Origin: Lepidodermella squamata
Taxonomy: Eukaryota; Animalia; Gastrotricha
Length of the DNA stretch: 64,000 nucleotides
Direction of reading: 5' to 3'
Assembly (NCBI GenBank): GCA_047495785.1
Contig: JBLDXI010000103.1
Location: 62,001-126,000 of the forward strand
Part shown: positions 1 through 10,732 of the stretch, one piece after another
Numbering within the stretch: the first letter of the stretch is position 1
Layout: each line of letters starts with the position of its first letter
Position numbers and translations under genes: made by a program
The notes under the pieces: model-generated
Told to the model about the DNA's origin: nothing
Databases searched by the model: none
What the model saw: the letters and a program-made list of their open reading frames with translations, nothing else

Positions 1-228
1 AAATAAATACCTTAGACACAGAAGTCATAATCCTTTGCCACTCGTCAACCTGGAGTTATGTTATTACAATAGTGCATACCTTAGACACAATTAAAGTTTC
101 ATCATCCCTTACATAAGCTATAAGCCATCTTACATACCTTGGACAAAAAATGATCTGAAAAGAGGTCAAATGTGACCTCATTAAGTCAACTCATTTCAAA
201 ATTGAGTTTGATCAATTTCATTTATTAG

Positions 229-843
229 GCGATCGAGCCGATGTCAGGTCGACTTCTTCTGGCGCCAGTTTAACCTCGACCCAAACAGCCCCACCCATCG
301 TTTCAGCCATGCGCAAGCCCGGCTCCGGGCGACAACGGTTTTCAATCGCAAGTTCTCTGCCTCGCCCAAGCGTCGGTTTCAGCCCGGTACCAGAAAATCA
401 CGAAACAGGCAGTGATTCGATGAGCATATCTAGCCGTACCCGAGCGAGGCGAAGTGAACCTACCGTAGTTTCTGTCTTCGCTGTGAGCCCGGGTACTTTC
501 ATGGAGACCGACCTCTATCGACATTTATCTCCGTCTCGAAAGAGACTTATGAAGCCTTTCATTAAAACGGCAGAGATCGGAGCCATCATGATTGGGTACT
601 GCGCATCGGCTAGCGGGATTGAAAATTTATCCGGCAAATATTTCGTGTAATTTGTTCGATTTCTATTAATACTTCGTATTTTTATTGTGGCAAAATTTTA
701 ACAGGAAATGCCATCCAGTGGAACCAGCCGGAGCCGGTACTAACGATGCTTTGGCTCAAAAGTTGTGGCAGCTCTCAGCGAAAATGGTAGACATCATCAC
801 GTATCGAAAGCTGAATCCTAGTCGCAGATCATCGAAATTATGA
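229..843 (+). CDS. 3' exons of a short-chain dehydrogenase/reductase, RDH11-14/WWOX-like (5' part outside the window)
   Basis: Exons 229-646 and 705-843 (GT-AG intron 647-704) splice to ...VSVFAVSPGTFMETDLYRH...FIKTAEIGA...YCASASGIENLSGKYFVKCHPVEPAGAGTNDALAQKLWQLSAKMV..., the typical C-terminus of retinol-dehydrogenase-type SDRs. Confidence 0.8.
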
Positions 844-1959
844 TAGAAGAACAGGATATATTGGAGAAGGGCGGAACAATCAATATTCTGCTCTTGAACA
901 CTGCGATTAGCGTCATATTCGCTTCAGCGATTTTCAGCTGGGATTTTATGCGCTCATTTTTACAGACACAGACTCTGCTTGGAAATTGAATTTAATACCT
1001 GTCCAATTTTTATATGTTTAAGCTGAAAATAAAAACGATGTATTTGTATATCTTCACGCGTCCATTCAGGCAAGCATTGAATGTATGTATGCATTTGTAT
1101 CACATGTAAATCTTCGATTCCCTCACGTTGTTTTGGTAGGCTATTAGTCATAGTAAGAGCTGGAATTTATTCCAGCTGTGTTCAATATACCTGAACCGCC
1201 CTCTTGGCTCTTGGAGGTAATAAATTGCGTCGGCTAGCTTTATACATTCGGAGCCTATGTGACGTCACGAGTCACGCACACACCTGTTGACACTATAGCA
1301 TAATACGTACGACATGCTTGCGTATAAGCAATAAAGGTAGGGAAAAAAATTACACACAAACAATCTAGAAAACGGGTTCCGTGTTTCAAGAAAAAACTAC
1401 AACCACTATAATATATTCCGTATAACCTAGCGTTCGACCTTTCTTGTTCGAGAATATACGCGACATTTAAATTACTACAGCATGATGGTTAGTTGTGAAA
1501 TTTACCCAATCGCATAATGTATGCTTTTAACGCAGATTATAAAGTGTCTTTTCCCAGGTCGTAAATTTTTTAATGCAATTTGCCCCACAATTCACTAGAG
1601 CATTTGATAGTTATACGCTCTGTGATTCGCCTAATTCAATTCATCAACTTATGTCTACGATTTGCAGGCCACTCATGACACCTTGAAACTCAATAGTGAT
1701 TAAGTATGTTTCTAGGCTTCTATTTTCACATTTTACACAATTTTCTAACAACAGCCAACTTTCGGATTATGCTAATTCTTTAGAAACAGCTCGATCTTAT
1801 TTTATTTTTGCATTGCACATACCTTGGACAAATATTTATGTCATTTTTGTATTCCTAAAGATGCATACATATATTAAGGACATACCTTAGACAAAAATGG
1901 CCTATAATCTATCGAATAATTTCAACGTAGACAATTAAAATAGCTGATTTCATGCAAAA

Positions 1960-2619
1960 ATGGTGGCAGAGGCGTCAAATTCGACGGCGCCCCCAGGAAT
2001 AGACGATTCATCGACTTTACCTCTCAACGAGACAATGCTCCGAACTGGAACAAAAGTTACAAGCTCACCCGGTTCCACGAGCTCCCTACCCGATGCTCCC
2101 ATCATCCTACCGATCATTTCTTTCTTAGTCATATACGCCGTAGTTTCTACGATAGTTTTACTGCTCAAGCGAAACAAAATTCTGACAACTAGAAGCTTCT
2201 ACTTCTTACTACGACGGCTTTGCTGCTGCGAAACTCGTCAACAGCAAGAGATAGCTATTAGGATTGAAATCGAACGGCGGAGACATAGGAGGAACTTGAA
2301 CTTTCTACATAACAATCCGAGCAATGGGGTTCACGGTAACGACGAAGCTCCCCCTGCTTACACCCTGCACGGCTCAGCTAGTTGCCCGGTGGATATGAGC
2401 TACGATGAAGATCTGGAAGACCAGCCCTCGACTTCGAGCTCGAGTGCATCTATCACGCCCTGTGCTTGCACCCCGTCGCCGTCTGTGGAAAGCGTACCGA
2501 AAATGGAGTGTCCCTGCAAAGATGGTTCAGTGTTTTTCGTCAAAATCGCCCCGCCTAGCTACCTGGAATTTGTCGCAGCGGCCAAATATGTCGCCCCTCA
2601 AGATGGGGAGCATTATTAG
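1960..2619 (+). CDS. Single-pass membrane protein with two cytoplasmic PPxY motifs
   Basis: 219-aa single-exon ORF: Ser/Thr-rich N-terminus with N-glycosylation sequons, hydrophobic span IILPIISFLVIYAVVSTIVLLL, CCC cluster, PPAY and PPSY motifs. Confidence 0.65.
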   Translation: MVAEASNSTAPPGIDDSSTLPLNETMLRTGTKVTSSPGSTSSLPDAPIILPIISFLVIYAVVSTIVLLLKRNKILTTRSFYFLLRRLCCCETRQQQEIAIRIEIERRRHRRNLNFLHNNPSNGVHGNDEAPPAYTLHGSASCPVDMSYDEDLEDQPSTSSSSASITPCACTPSPSVESVPKMECPCKDGSVFFVKIAPPSYLEFVAAAKYVAPQDGEHY

Positions 2620-3614
2620 GTCAATTCCGTGTTATATAACTTCATCTTCTACCTGTTTCTTCGTGCTCTAGTTTTTATACACTTCTTTTACAATGTAAAT
2701 GAAGCTGCGAGGTGATGCCCTAATTACAGAAGCTGTGTTCCACGCCGGTGATTGTGATGACTAATAGAACAGCTTCATTGATCAACCGTAAACTGCTGCT
2801 GTAGTTGCTAATTTTCAATTTTTGTCTAATAACCTTTACGAAGCTTTAATTTTGATTACGTTGTCTTCCATGATTCATTCTATTCGGCCGCAAAACGGCT
2901 TGAAATAAATGTAATTTTTTGATCATTTCCGCATTTTTAATTGCTTTGACCCGGGATCATTTTTGGGGAGTTTTGATGAGTCGAAAAGTGTCCATTAATT
3001 TTGTATCAGACAGTTTTTTGACTGAGTTTACGCATGCCACGTTACGAGTTTTTGCCAACTTTTACGCTCAAGGGTTTTTTCAAAGGCAAGATTCCTGGAT
3101 TACTTCGAGATTTTTGTTTTTTTTTAAGCCAAAAAAGCGACATTTAATTTGCGTGAAGCATCAACAAGCTCATAACAACAGGATGAGTTAATAATGTGGA
3201 ACATCGGAAATTTCCACAAAGGTCGGAGAGTTTTCTCTCGAAACCAAGCGATGGATGTAGGTCAAATTGACAAATTTGAACGCTGGCTGGTATGAGCTTC
3301 GCTTTAATCTGGCGAAGGCTGATAGAGCACAAAATCTACAGTGGATTGAATCGCAATCGGACTAGTGCTATCCAGGAATTGCTGCGACGAAGCCCAGCGA
3401 AAACACTTTCTGCTTTCACAAGCTTCTGCTACTTGCGTCATAGATTTGCGCATTTGGCATCCATTTACGCACGACCCGGATTTTGCTAGGAGAAAAAGCT
3501 ATGCACGAGTCCAAATCCAGGGTGCAATTTATTTCAAACTTCAAGGCTGGGAAGAAAAAAGGTTTTTCAAAAAGTATGGGTATGGGATATATGTACAGTA
3601 GGTAGAAGAATAAA

Positions 3615-4877
3615 CTATTTTCTAGTGCAGTTGAATGGAATATCAGGACCACAACCAAATGTAATAAGAACGTCGTCATCTTGAACATCTTCCTCATGTA
3701 CATCTTCAACATCGGTATACCAATCGTCTTCTACATAAACACCTACTCCATCTATTAGAACAGGTTCTCTATAGATGTCTTTTTTTTCGTTGTAGTCTCT
3801 CACTTCCTCGATCTTATGCGGTTGCGAGTCGACCAAATGCGCGAGACTCACCGGCACTCCATTAAAGTCATTGGATTCTTGCGTCAGCAAACGAGCTTGG
3901 ATGTCTTTGAAATAAAGTTCCTGGCTGACATCATCGATTGAAACATGTTTGATCAGGCTACAACCTACTTCCTTGCCGGTAGTGTTGCTTAGAAAGTCAC
4001 AAAAATCCCAATTTTCAGCCTTAGCACTGTGTTCAACACTCAGTTCCGTTATGTTCGCTCCTTTTTCAACCAGGTATTGAAAAAGTTGATACTGCTGATC
4101 ATAAGCGGCTTGTTCCAAGGCTGTCCAGCCACGTTTATTCACAGGATCCTCTATTCCCACTTTTTCAGCCAGCAGAAAGTCCACGATCTCAAAATGGCCA
4201 TTCGAAGCTGCCTGATAAAACGGAGACAGATAGTTCCCGTTATTACGACCAGTAAAAGCACAGCGGCTTATCAAGAGCTTCAAAGCTGGTAGGTTTCCTA
4301 TTCTAGCCGCGATCATCGCGGGAGTCACGTCGGAATTGTGATAAGTCGCAAAGCCGAGGTCCAACATTGCGGTCAACAACCTCAAAGGCTTATCGATTTT
4401 CGCGGGGTTGTAAGATAGAACAATAGCGTTGTTTAGGATTTGCCGACCATAGATGTATGAGGTGCCAAAATCTGAGGCATTTTCGTCGATTTCTTCAACC
4501 CGCCGCATCAATTGTAGAAATAAAGCTTCATCCCCTTCAGGAAATGCAATCGATCGCATTTTCTCTAGTATACTCCGAACTTCTTCGTTCAAAATCTAAG
4601 ATTGGGAAGTAGAAGCACTACTAGCTAGTTGCTCAAATCTTACATAAGACTTATCCTTGACTTTTTCGATTGGCTGACCAGCAGGGCAAACAATTTCCCA
4701 AGCCGGTTCTTCGATAGGTTCGGGCTACATCAATCATAATAAGCCTTTCAAAGTCATTCCGAGGAGATAATTTTTTACGTCTGGCTCTTCACATGAGCAA
4801 TCTGGCTCCGCATCTTCGAATTGAGGCGTAGTCGTTTCCGGATTTGTTTGATTCAAAAGCAGTATAGCTTCACTCAT
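3615..4877 (-). CDS. Ankyrin repeat protein with acidic termini
   Basis: ORF 3615-4592 has ankyrin motifs (TPAMIAA, SPFYQAA, TALEQAA). Two upstream exons joined by ~50 nt GT-AG introns extend it in frame to an ATG at 4877 (MSEAILLL...EPD|PEPIEE...KSY|ILNEEV). Confidence 0.8.
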
Positions 4878-5071
4878 AATTTTCACCAGCTGGAACAGAT
4901 GCATTGTTCAATATTTATTCAGAGTTCAAAGCTCGGTTTCGCTTAGGTTCAGCTAAACGAAATCATGAATTTCAAATTCATTGAAATCAGTGTCTGGCCC
5001 GGTTCGTTGCGTAAGTCAGGTGACTGCTTTAAACTAGCGCAGAGCCGCATTTCCCATTTCTCTCGATTAAT

Positions 5072-6313
5072 TTGAATGAAGAGCATGGCTTCACTGTTTT
5101 TTCACGTCTTAGTTTCTTTCGCTATCCGGACAGGTTACGGATGCTCATTTCCTTTGGTCGCCCAGCAAGAAGAGGTATCCACTATCCCCCTAATATTAAG
5201 GAAAGTTCCTACAAGATTTCAATTCAGATCTCTGTCGAACAAATTTACAGGAGTCTCGTATTGAGTTTTGATGACGGCATCGAATTTGATCGAACAAAAA
5301 CGCAAATTAAGAAGATTCAAAGTCACTCCAATCACTTTGACGCCAGCTATCGCGAGCAGACCAAAATAGTTCTTTGTAACAATACAGCTTCAAATGGAAC
5401 CTTGCTCCACCTTTTATGCCTTTGCACTTGCAAATCTGAAGCTAGAAGTAAGGTTGCAAGGTTTTTGATTGAAAATGGCGCCGAAGTTAACGCGAAAGAT
5501 GGAAATGGATATACCCCTTTGATGCTAGCGACTAGAAGCGGAAATCTACAGCTAGTTGGAACCCTTCTTCAAGCCGGATGCGATCCTAATCTTAGGAATA
5601 ATTTCAACGAAACCGCATTGTCAGTTGCCGGGCTTGGGAATCGGCTTGACATTGTGAACATTTTAGTTTTGAATGGAGCAAGGATGGAGGAGCCAGAATG
5701 CAACTACGCTCTAAAAATCGCAGTAGAACTCGGACTTGGAAATGGGCTTCTCAAATTCATTTTCCAAAGCTCTGCTCAACTGAATACAGAATCCCGCCAC
5801 ACCTGGACTGGTTTGAAAGCTGCCATATACTACAGTGAAGAAGCAGTTGTGAAATGTTTAGTCGCAAAAGGAGCAGATGTAAATCTAGGCTTGGAATCAG
5901 GCCGGAATCCACCCGTTTATCTCGCAATCGTTGGCAATCACCTCAGCATCGCCAGATATTTACTCGGAAAAGGTGCCAAACTGACGTTTGCCAACAATTA
6001 CGATCATGAAATAGCAAACATGTGGATGGAACTTTTCATGCGTAATGCATACAAAATGGTACAGCTAATCGCTGATAATGGCATTAATCTGACCATCAAA
6101 GATGAAGACGGCAGGACTTTGCTCATGCATGCCGCGGCGAAGGGGTGCCTCGAAATTGTCGATACTCTGGTCAAGAAAGGCGCAGATGTGAACGAAAGAG
6201 ATAACACTGGCATGCGTGCAATTGAATATGGTAAGCAGTTTGGCGAAAATGAAATTGTTAAGCGATTGCTTGAAGTCGAAGCCCTAATACAGTGTGTCCG
6301 TCAAATAATATGA
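5072..6313 (+). CDS. Ankyrin repeat protein, divergently transcribed from the previous gene; true start uncertain
   Basis: About 8 ankyrin repeats (GYTPLMLA, NETALSVA, GRTLLMHAA...GADVN). Confidence 0.85.
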   Translation: MNEEHGFTVFSRLSFFRYPDRLRMLISFGRPARRGIHYPPNIKESSYKISIQISVEQIYRSLVLSFDDGIEFDRTKTQIKKIQSHSNHFDASYREQTKIVLCNNTASNGTLLHLLCLCTCKSEARSKVARFLIENGAEVNAKDGNGYTPLMLATRSGNLQLVGTLLQAGCDPNLRNNFNETALSVAGLGNRLDIVNILVLNGARMEEPECNYALKIAVELGLGNGLLKFIFQSSAQLNTESRHTWTGLKAAIYYSEEAVVKCLVAKGADVNLGLESGRNPPVYLAIVGNHLSIARYLLGKGAKLTFANNYDHEIANMWMELFMRNAYKMVQLIADNGINLTIKDEDGRTLLMHAAAKGCLEIVDTLVKKGADVNERDNTGMRAIEYGKQFGENEIVKRLLEVEALIQCVRQII

Positions 6314-7763
6314 GGCTATTTATAGTCCAAAAGCAACAGCAAGCGTGGCGCGTGCCAGATCTGGCGTCTCATTTTTTTCATGAGATGCAAAAAATAATAC
6401 GTCAATGAAATCGAAAGCTTTATTTACTACTGCTAGTTAAAATTTGTATGCATCAGCTAGTGTTGATGATTAAACTTTCTTCGTCTTAATTCTTTCAGGT
6501 GATAGAGAAGGTGATGTTCTGACCATCAGGAATGCTAATATTTTCCTCTTAACGAGCCGCGCCTTTAAAAATTATCTTAATTAACAGGTTCATCTCCGTC
6601 ATCACCATCTTCTCCCTGAGCCGTTTCAGTTTTTTGTTTTGCAAGGGCCATTTTGAATTCGGCCATGGCCAGTTTTACAAACCGCTTTTTTGGAATCGGG
6701 TTTCCCCTTTTTCGCGTACATCGACTTGCCCATCGACTTGGGTCTTCAACAGCCGCGGGACATTTTCTAAATTTTTTCGTAATCTTACATGTCTAATTTA
6801 ATAACTGCCGTTGAAGCATAAAATGCAACAAAAGCAACAAATGCAACAAATGCAATGAAAGCAACTAAAGCAGTTTCCATTACGACCTGGTAATCTGTTT
6901 GAAATGAGTTCCGCGTTTTGAAATAAAGGGGTAATGTCGCTTTCGCCAATTTGTGTAGCATCCGGGGCGCTATCGGCTAACCGTTATATACGTGAATTTC
7001 ACATACCCGCAAGAATACGTCCAATGGCTAGTACAAACAGTTTTAACTGAATTGGATAAGAAAATTTGCTATTTAAATGGTTATATTTTTTCCAGATATT
7101 AGGTTGACATTGTTGCGCGTTTGATCTTATTGCATGAATATTCAGGGCAACTCGTTGTCCCCAAAACTTTAGCAATGTACAAAGCTTGCAGGTGAAAATC
7201 CCGAAGCTAATGCTTTCGTTCCGAAGAATGTCCTTTATCTTGATTAAATAATTCAAATTTTGGCGGAGCAATAATTGATATTTTTCCAGCAATGAACAAC
7301 AATAGCTGTACTATCATTCAGTGCTGCGTTTTTTTTGCCTCGTGCACGACTCGTGAACAGGCGCAATTAAAATGCTATATATAGGCTCATATTATTTGAC
7401 GGACACACTGTAAGTGGATCATCCGTTGAGGAAAAAGACTTTCAACTATTTCAATTTTGAATGAATAAAATGAAGGTCTTGGGAACCAGGGGATGAGAAG
7501 TCAGAAACTTGTTTATTTTGAAGTTGAAGCTTTAAGAGTGGGAACTTGATAATAACTCGTATTTTCTTATTTCCCATAGCTTGTAGGTTCAGTCGCCGAT
7601 CTCCAAACTTGAACTTGACCCCTTCGTCTCCCTCATTCAGCTGATATCTAACGTAACGCGTGCTGCGACCTCATCTCACTTCTCACCTTCACCCTTAACA
7701 CCTTCATCCACATGGAAGTCACGCATTCACAAACCAAGCTACCCCTCAGCATTCTAAACGGCC

Positions 7764-8786
7764 ATGAAGCCTGTCATAATAGCTGTAATTCTATTAAATT
7801 CCATTGTAGTCACATCAGCAGCTGTGATTTCGGAAAGAGCTAAGCAGCGATATCCCGGTTTCAGTTACCGAACTTCTTGCTTCATCCCTATCGTCAGCAA
7901 TGGTTCATTCAGCTTTCAGCGAAACGGCAGCTCGATAACGCCGAGGACTTACATTCCAGAGGGAACTTGGATCAAGCTAAGCTGCTCGCTGAATTTCGCT
8001 CCCAAAATCAACTCAGACGTCGAGAGCATCTGTATGAGAACCAAAGGTACGGAGGAAGATGACGAGGGCTACTTATTCCCCAGCCCGACGATTTGCCAAC
8101 CTAGGAATCCGTCGCGATTTGACGGAGAAGACGGCATAGGGAAGCTATTTGGCGATGCAGCTTCACGTGGTGATTTGACAAAACTTCAAAATTTGATCAA
8201 ACTAGCGACGGATAATGAGTTTGACCTGAAAAACGGGACATCGAGAGTTGCGACGGCGAGACAGCTCTTAAATTGGAGGGACACAGACCTGGAGTACTGC
8301 CCATGTTGGTTCGCCTGCATTTCCAACGCGACAGCCCTTCTTCGAGCTACATCTTCAGTTTGCCGGAACAATTCCTTAGTAAATACAGTCCGATATTTGT
8401 TGAAGGAAGGAGCTGACCCTAACGCAGCAGATGGGAATGCCTTACTAAGGCCGTTGCATCTAGCCTCAGCGGCTAGTAATTCGAACTACGACATAGTCCG
8501 GCTTCTGATCGACTCTGGAGCTAGGGTGAATGAAACTACCGAAGACAACGGCTGGACGCCTTTGATGTTCGCCGCAGCTTGGGGTAGGACGTCGACTGTC
8601 ACGCTGCTTCTCGATCGAGGCGCCGCGATTGATCAAATGGATTCCGCAAATCACACCGCGCTCTACTACGCTGCGTTGAATGCAAGGCCTAGTACGGTCT
8701 ATACTCTGATTTTACGCGGGGCGAGCCGCGAATTTTGTACCCTAACGCTGTGCAGAGCTAACTTGGACCCGTTACTCTTCGGATGA
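7764..8786 (+). CDS. Predicted secreted protein: signal peptide, sushi/CCP-like domain, ankyrin repeats
   Basis: Signal peptide MKPVIIAVILLNSIVVTSA; four-Cys CCP-like pattern CFIPIVSNG...GTWIKLSCSLNF...SICM...FPSPTIC; then ankyrin repeats (RPLHLAS, GWTPLMFAA, HTALYYAA). Confidence 0.75.
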   Translation: MKPVIIAVILLNSIVVTSAAVISERAKQRYPGFSYRTSCFIPIVSNGSFSFQRNGSSITPRTYIPEGTWIKLSCSLNFAPKINSDVESICMRTKGTEEDDEGYLFPSPTICQPRNPSRFDGEDGIGKLFGDAASRGDLTKLQNLIKLATDNEFDLKNGTSRVATARQLLNWRDTDLEYCPCWFACISNATALLRATSSVCRNNSLVNTVRYLLKEGADPNAADGNALLRPLHLASAASNSNYDIVRLLIDSGARVNETTEDNGWTPLMFAAAWGRTSTVTLLLDRGAAIDQMDSANHTALYYAALNARPSTVYTLILRGASREFCTLTLCRANLDPLLFG

Positions 8787-10732
8787 ATGATGATTTTATG
8801 GTCCCCGGTGAATTTTTTAATAAAATGGTAGTTTTCATTTGACAAGAAAATGAATTGCGCAATGTTTTATTGCGTGATTGTGCGAGGTCAATCAAATGAA
8901 AATGGGGGTTTACGCATATTTGTTTAATTGTGTGCCATTTTTTTCAGGTCACACACACTTGATGATCATTGAGTGATGTAACGGTGAGTTCCATCAAATA
9001 ATACCCGGGCCACTCTCTTGTTCTCGTCTCTATATACTCAAGCCATACAGTGATAGCATTACAAGGCATTGAAATGTAGCATAATTTATATAGTATTCGC
9101 CTCACCTTGCGTTAATTTTTTATAATATTATACTACTACTGTCATGCTGAAACGCGCGCGTACTCGAAGCATTAGCATTATATTATAAGTGTAGTAGTAT
9201 TTTTAATACATGCATATAAAACCTTAGCGCGACGCAAACTATTCATCACATGGCATATTATAAGTACGGCAGGGTCTGAATCATCGTAAAATTATGTCGC
9301 CCGTAAAAAGCTGCCAGCAGGAAAGCGGCAGAGCAGCGACAACTTGGTTGTGAAAAGCCCATCAGAGTCAGTTAAAATATTACACCATAATTCTTATTAT
9401 TCTAGTGCTTATTCAGTCACTTGTATATGCATCAATTCATCATCGCCATCAACTCAGGCAAATTGTTCGAATATTCATTATTTACATAGGATATTTACAG
9501 AAATATGCTTATTTTCCGAGATTTTTTTAATTTCGCTTACTCGATTGTTGTAGCCTGCCTTGTTATGATGTTAAAAATTCCTCTCCCACCGGTTCATCAG
9601 GAAATGTAAAAAGGTATAATATAGCTAATTATGCCTAGGTCATTCAAAATTGAATTTTCTTTAATAATATAGTTTATATTTAAAATTATATTAATTCTGT
9701 CTCAATATAATCTCATAATGCACGGGACCGAAAATAAAGTCTTATATCATTCCATCACCTTTGACCGACGTTGACCGAATCGTCTTTTGCCCAGAGGCAA
9801 TAGCTTAAGCTGTTTGAATCATAAATTTAGGTAATTTGAATTTCTTCTCAAAGGTAGTTAGATTATAGCCACCCAGTCACCGTTGCCTGATCCTTTACCA
9901 GAGGGAAAATTGCTAAAAAAATAGCTCTATCCTTAGCGTGCATCCGAGGAAAGAAGTAGGCAGAATTCCAAGCTGCTATATGATCTAAAAAAGCTAGCTC
10001 AGCCTTCATCCTGCCTAAATTTTCGATTAAGTATTACTCAAAATTTATCGGTAAAATTTCTCCTCGTTCCTCTGCAAAATTTGAGAAAGTAAGTTGACAA
10101 TTATGTTGTTGAATGGCAAAACATAATTTCATTTTTCCTGCAATTTTTAAAATAATTTTAAATTTTTTTCAAAGATATCGCAAGACTATCAAAATTCGCT
10201 GCAATTGTTCGCAGTTTTTATTTCCTAATTATTCGGTATAGAAATTAGAGAATTTTCTGAGGGTGAAGGGCCTATTTTCAAAGTAAAATCCTAAAGCAGC
10301 AATGCACTTATATGGTCATCTTTCTTACCTGATCAAATTTTTTCATTGAAAGTTTTTCCAGCCCAATTTTTTTCTGCTGCTACAGACGTGCTGCAGCCGG
10401 TGCCAGCAGTAACACCTTTTAAGCTTCTTTACATTCAAGCGTCATTATATACATAGTTTTTTTCTGCTATTCATGTGCTACCTGATACTTACTACAACAC
10501 CAGAAAAAAACTACAATAATATTTCTACCAGCTAACAAACTTTTTTCAAACACTTTAAAATAACATGCTGAATTTTCTGTATTTTTTAGGAATTTTTAAA
10601 TTAAACATGAAAATTATGTTGAAAAATTTGAAATTATTCTCATGACAAGAGCTGATTTTTGTATCACCCTGACATTATTTTACTGCTCAAAAATCGAACG
10701 AAAAATTAACCGGTGCGCATAATAATTAAACG

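Noticed and set aside
7-1893. ATACCTT(A/G)GACA motif, five copies at 7-148 and 1819-1893
   Set aside because: Probably degraded repeat subterminal motifs; no boundaries or function can be supported.
3615-8786. Bacterial endosymbiont insert suggested by the ankyrin gene cluster
   Set aside because: The 3615-4877 gene has spliceosomal introns and the neighbours are intron-containing animal genes; no bacterial core genes are present.
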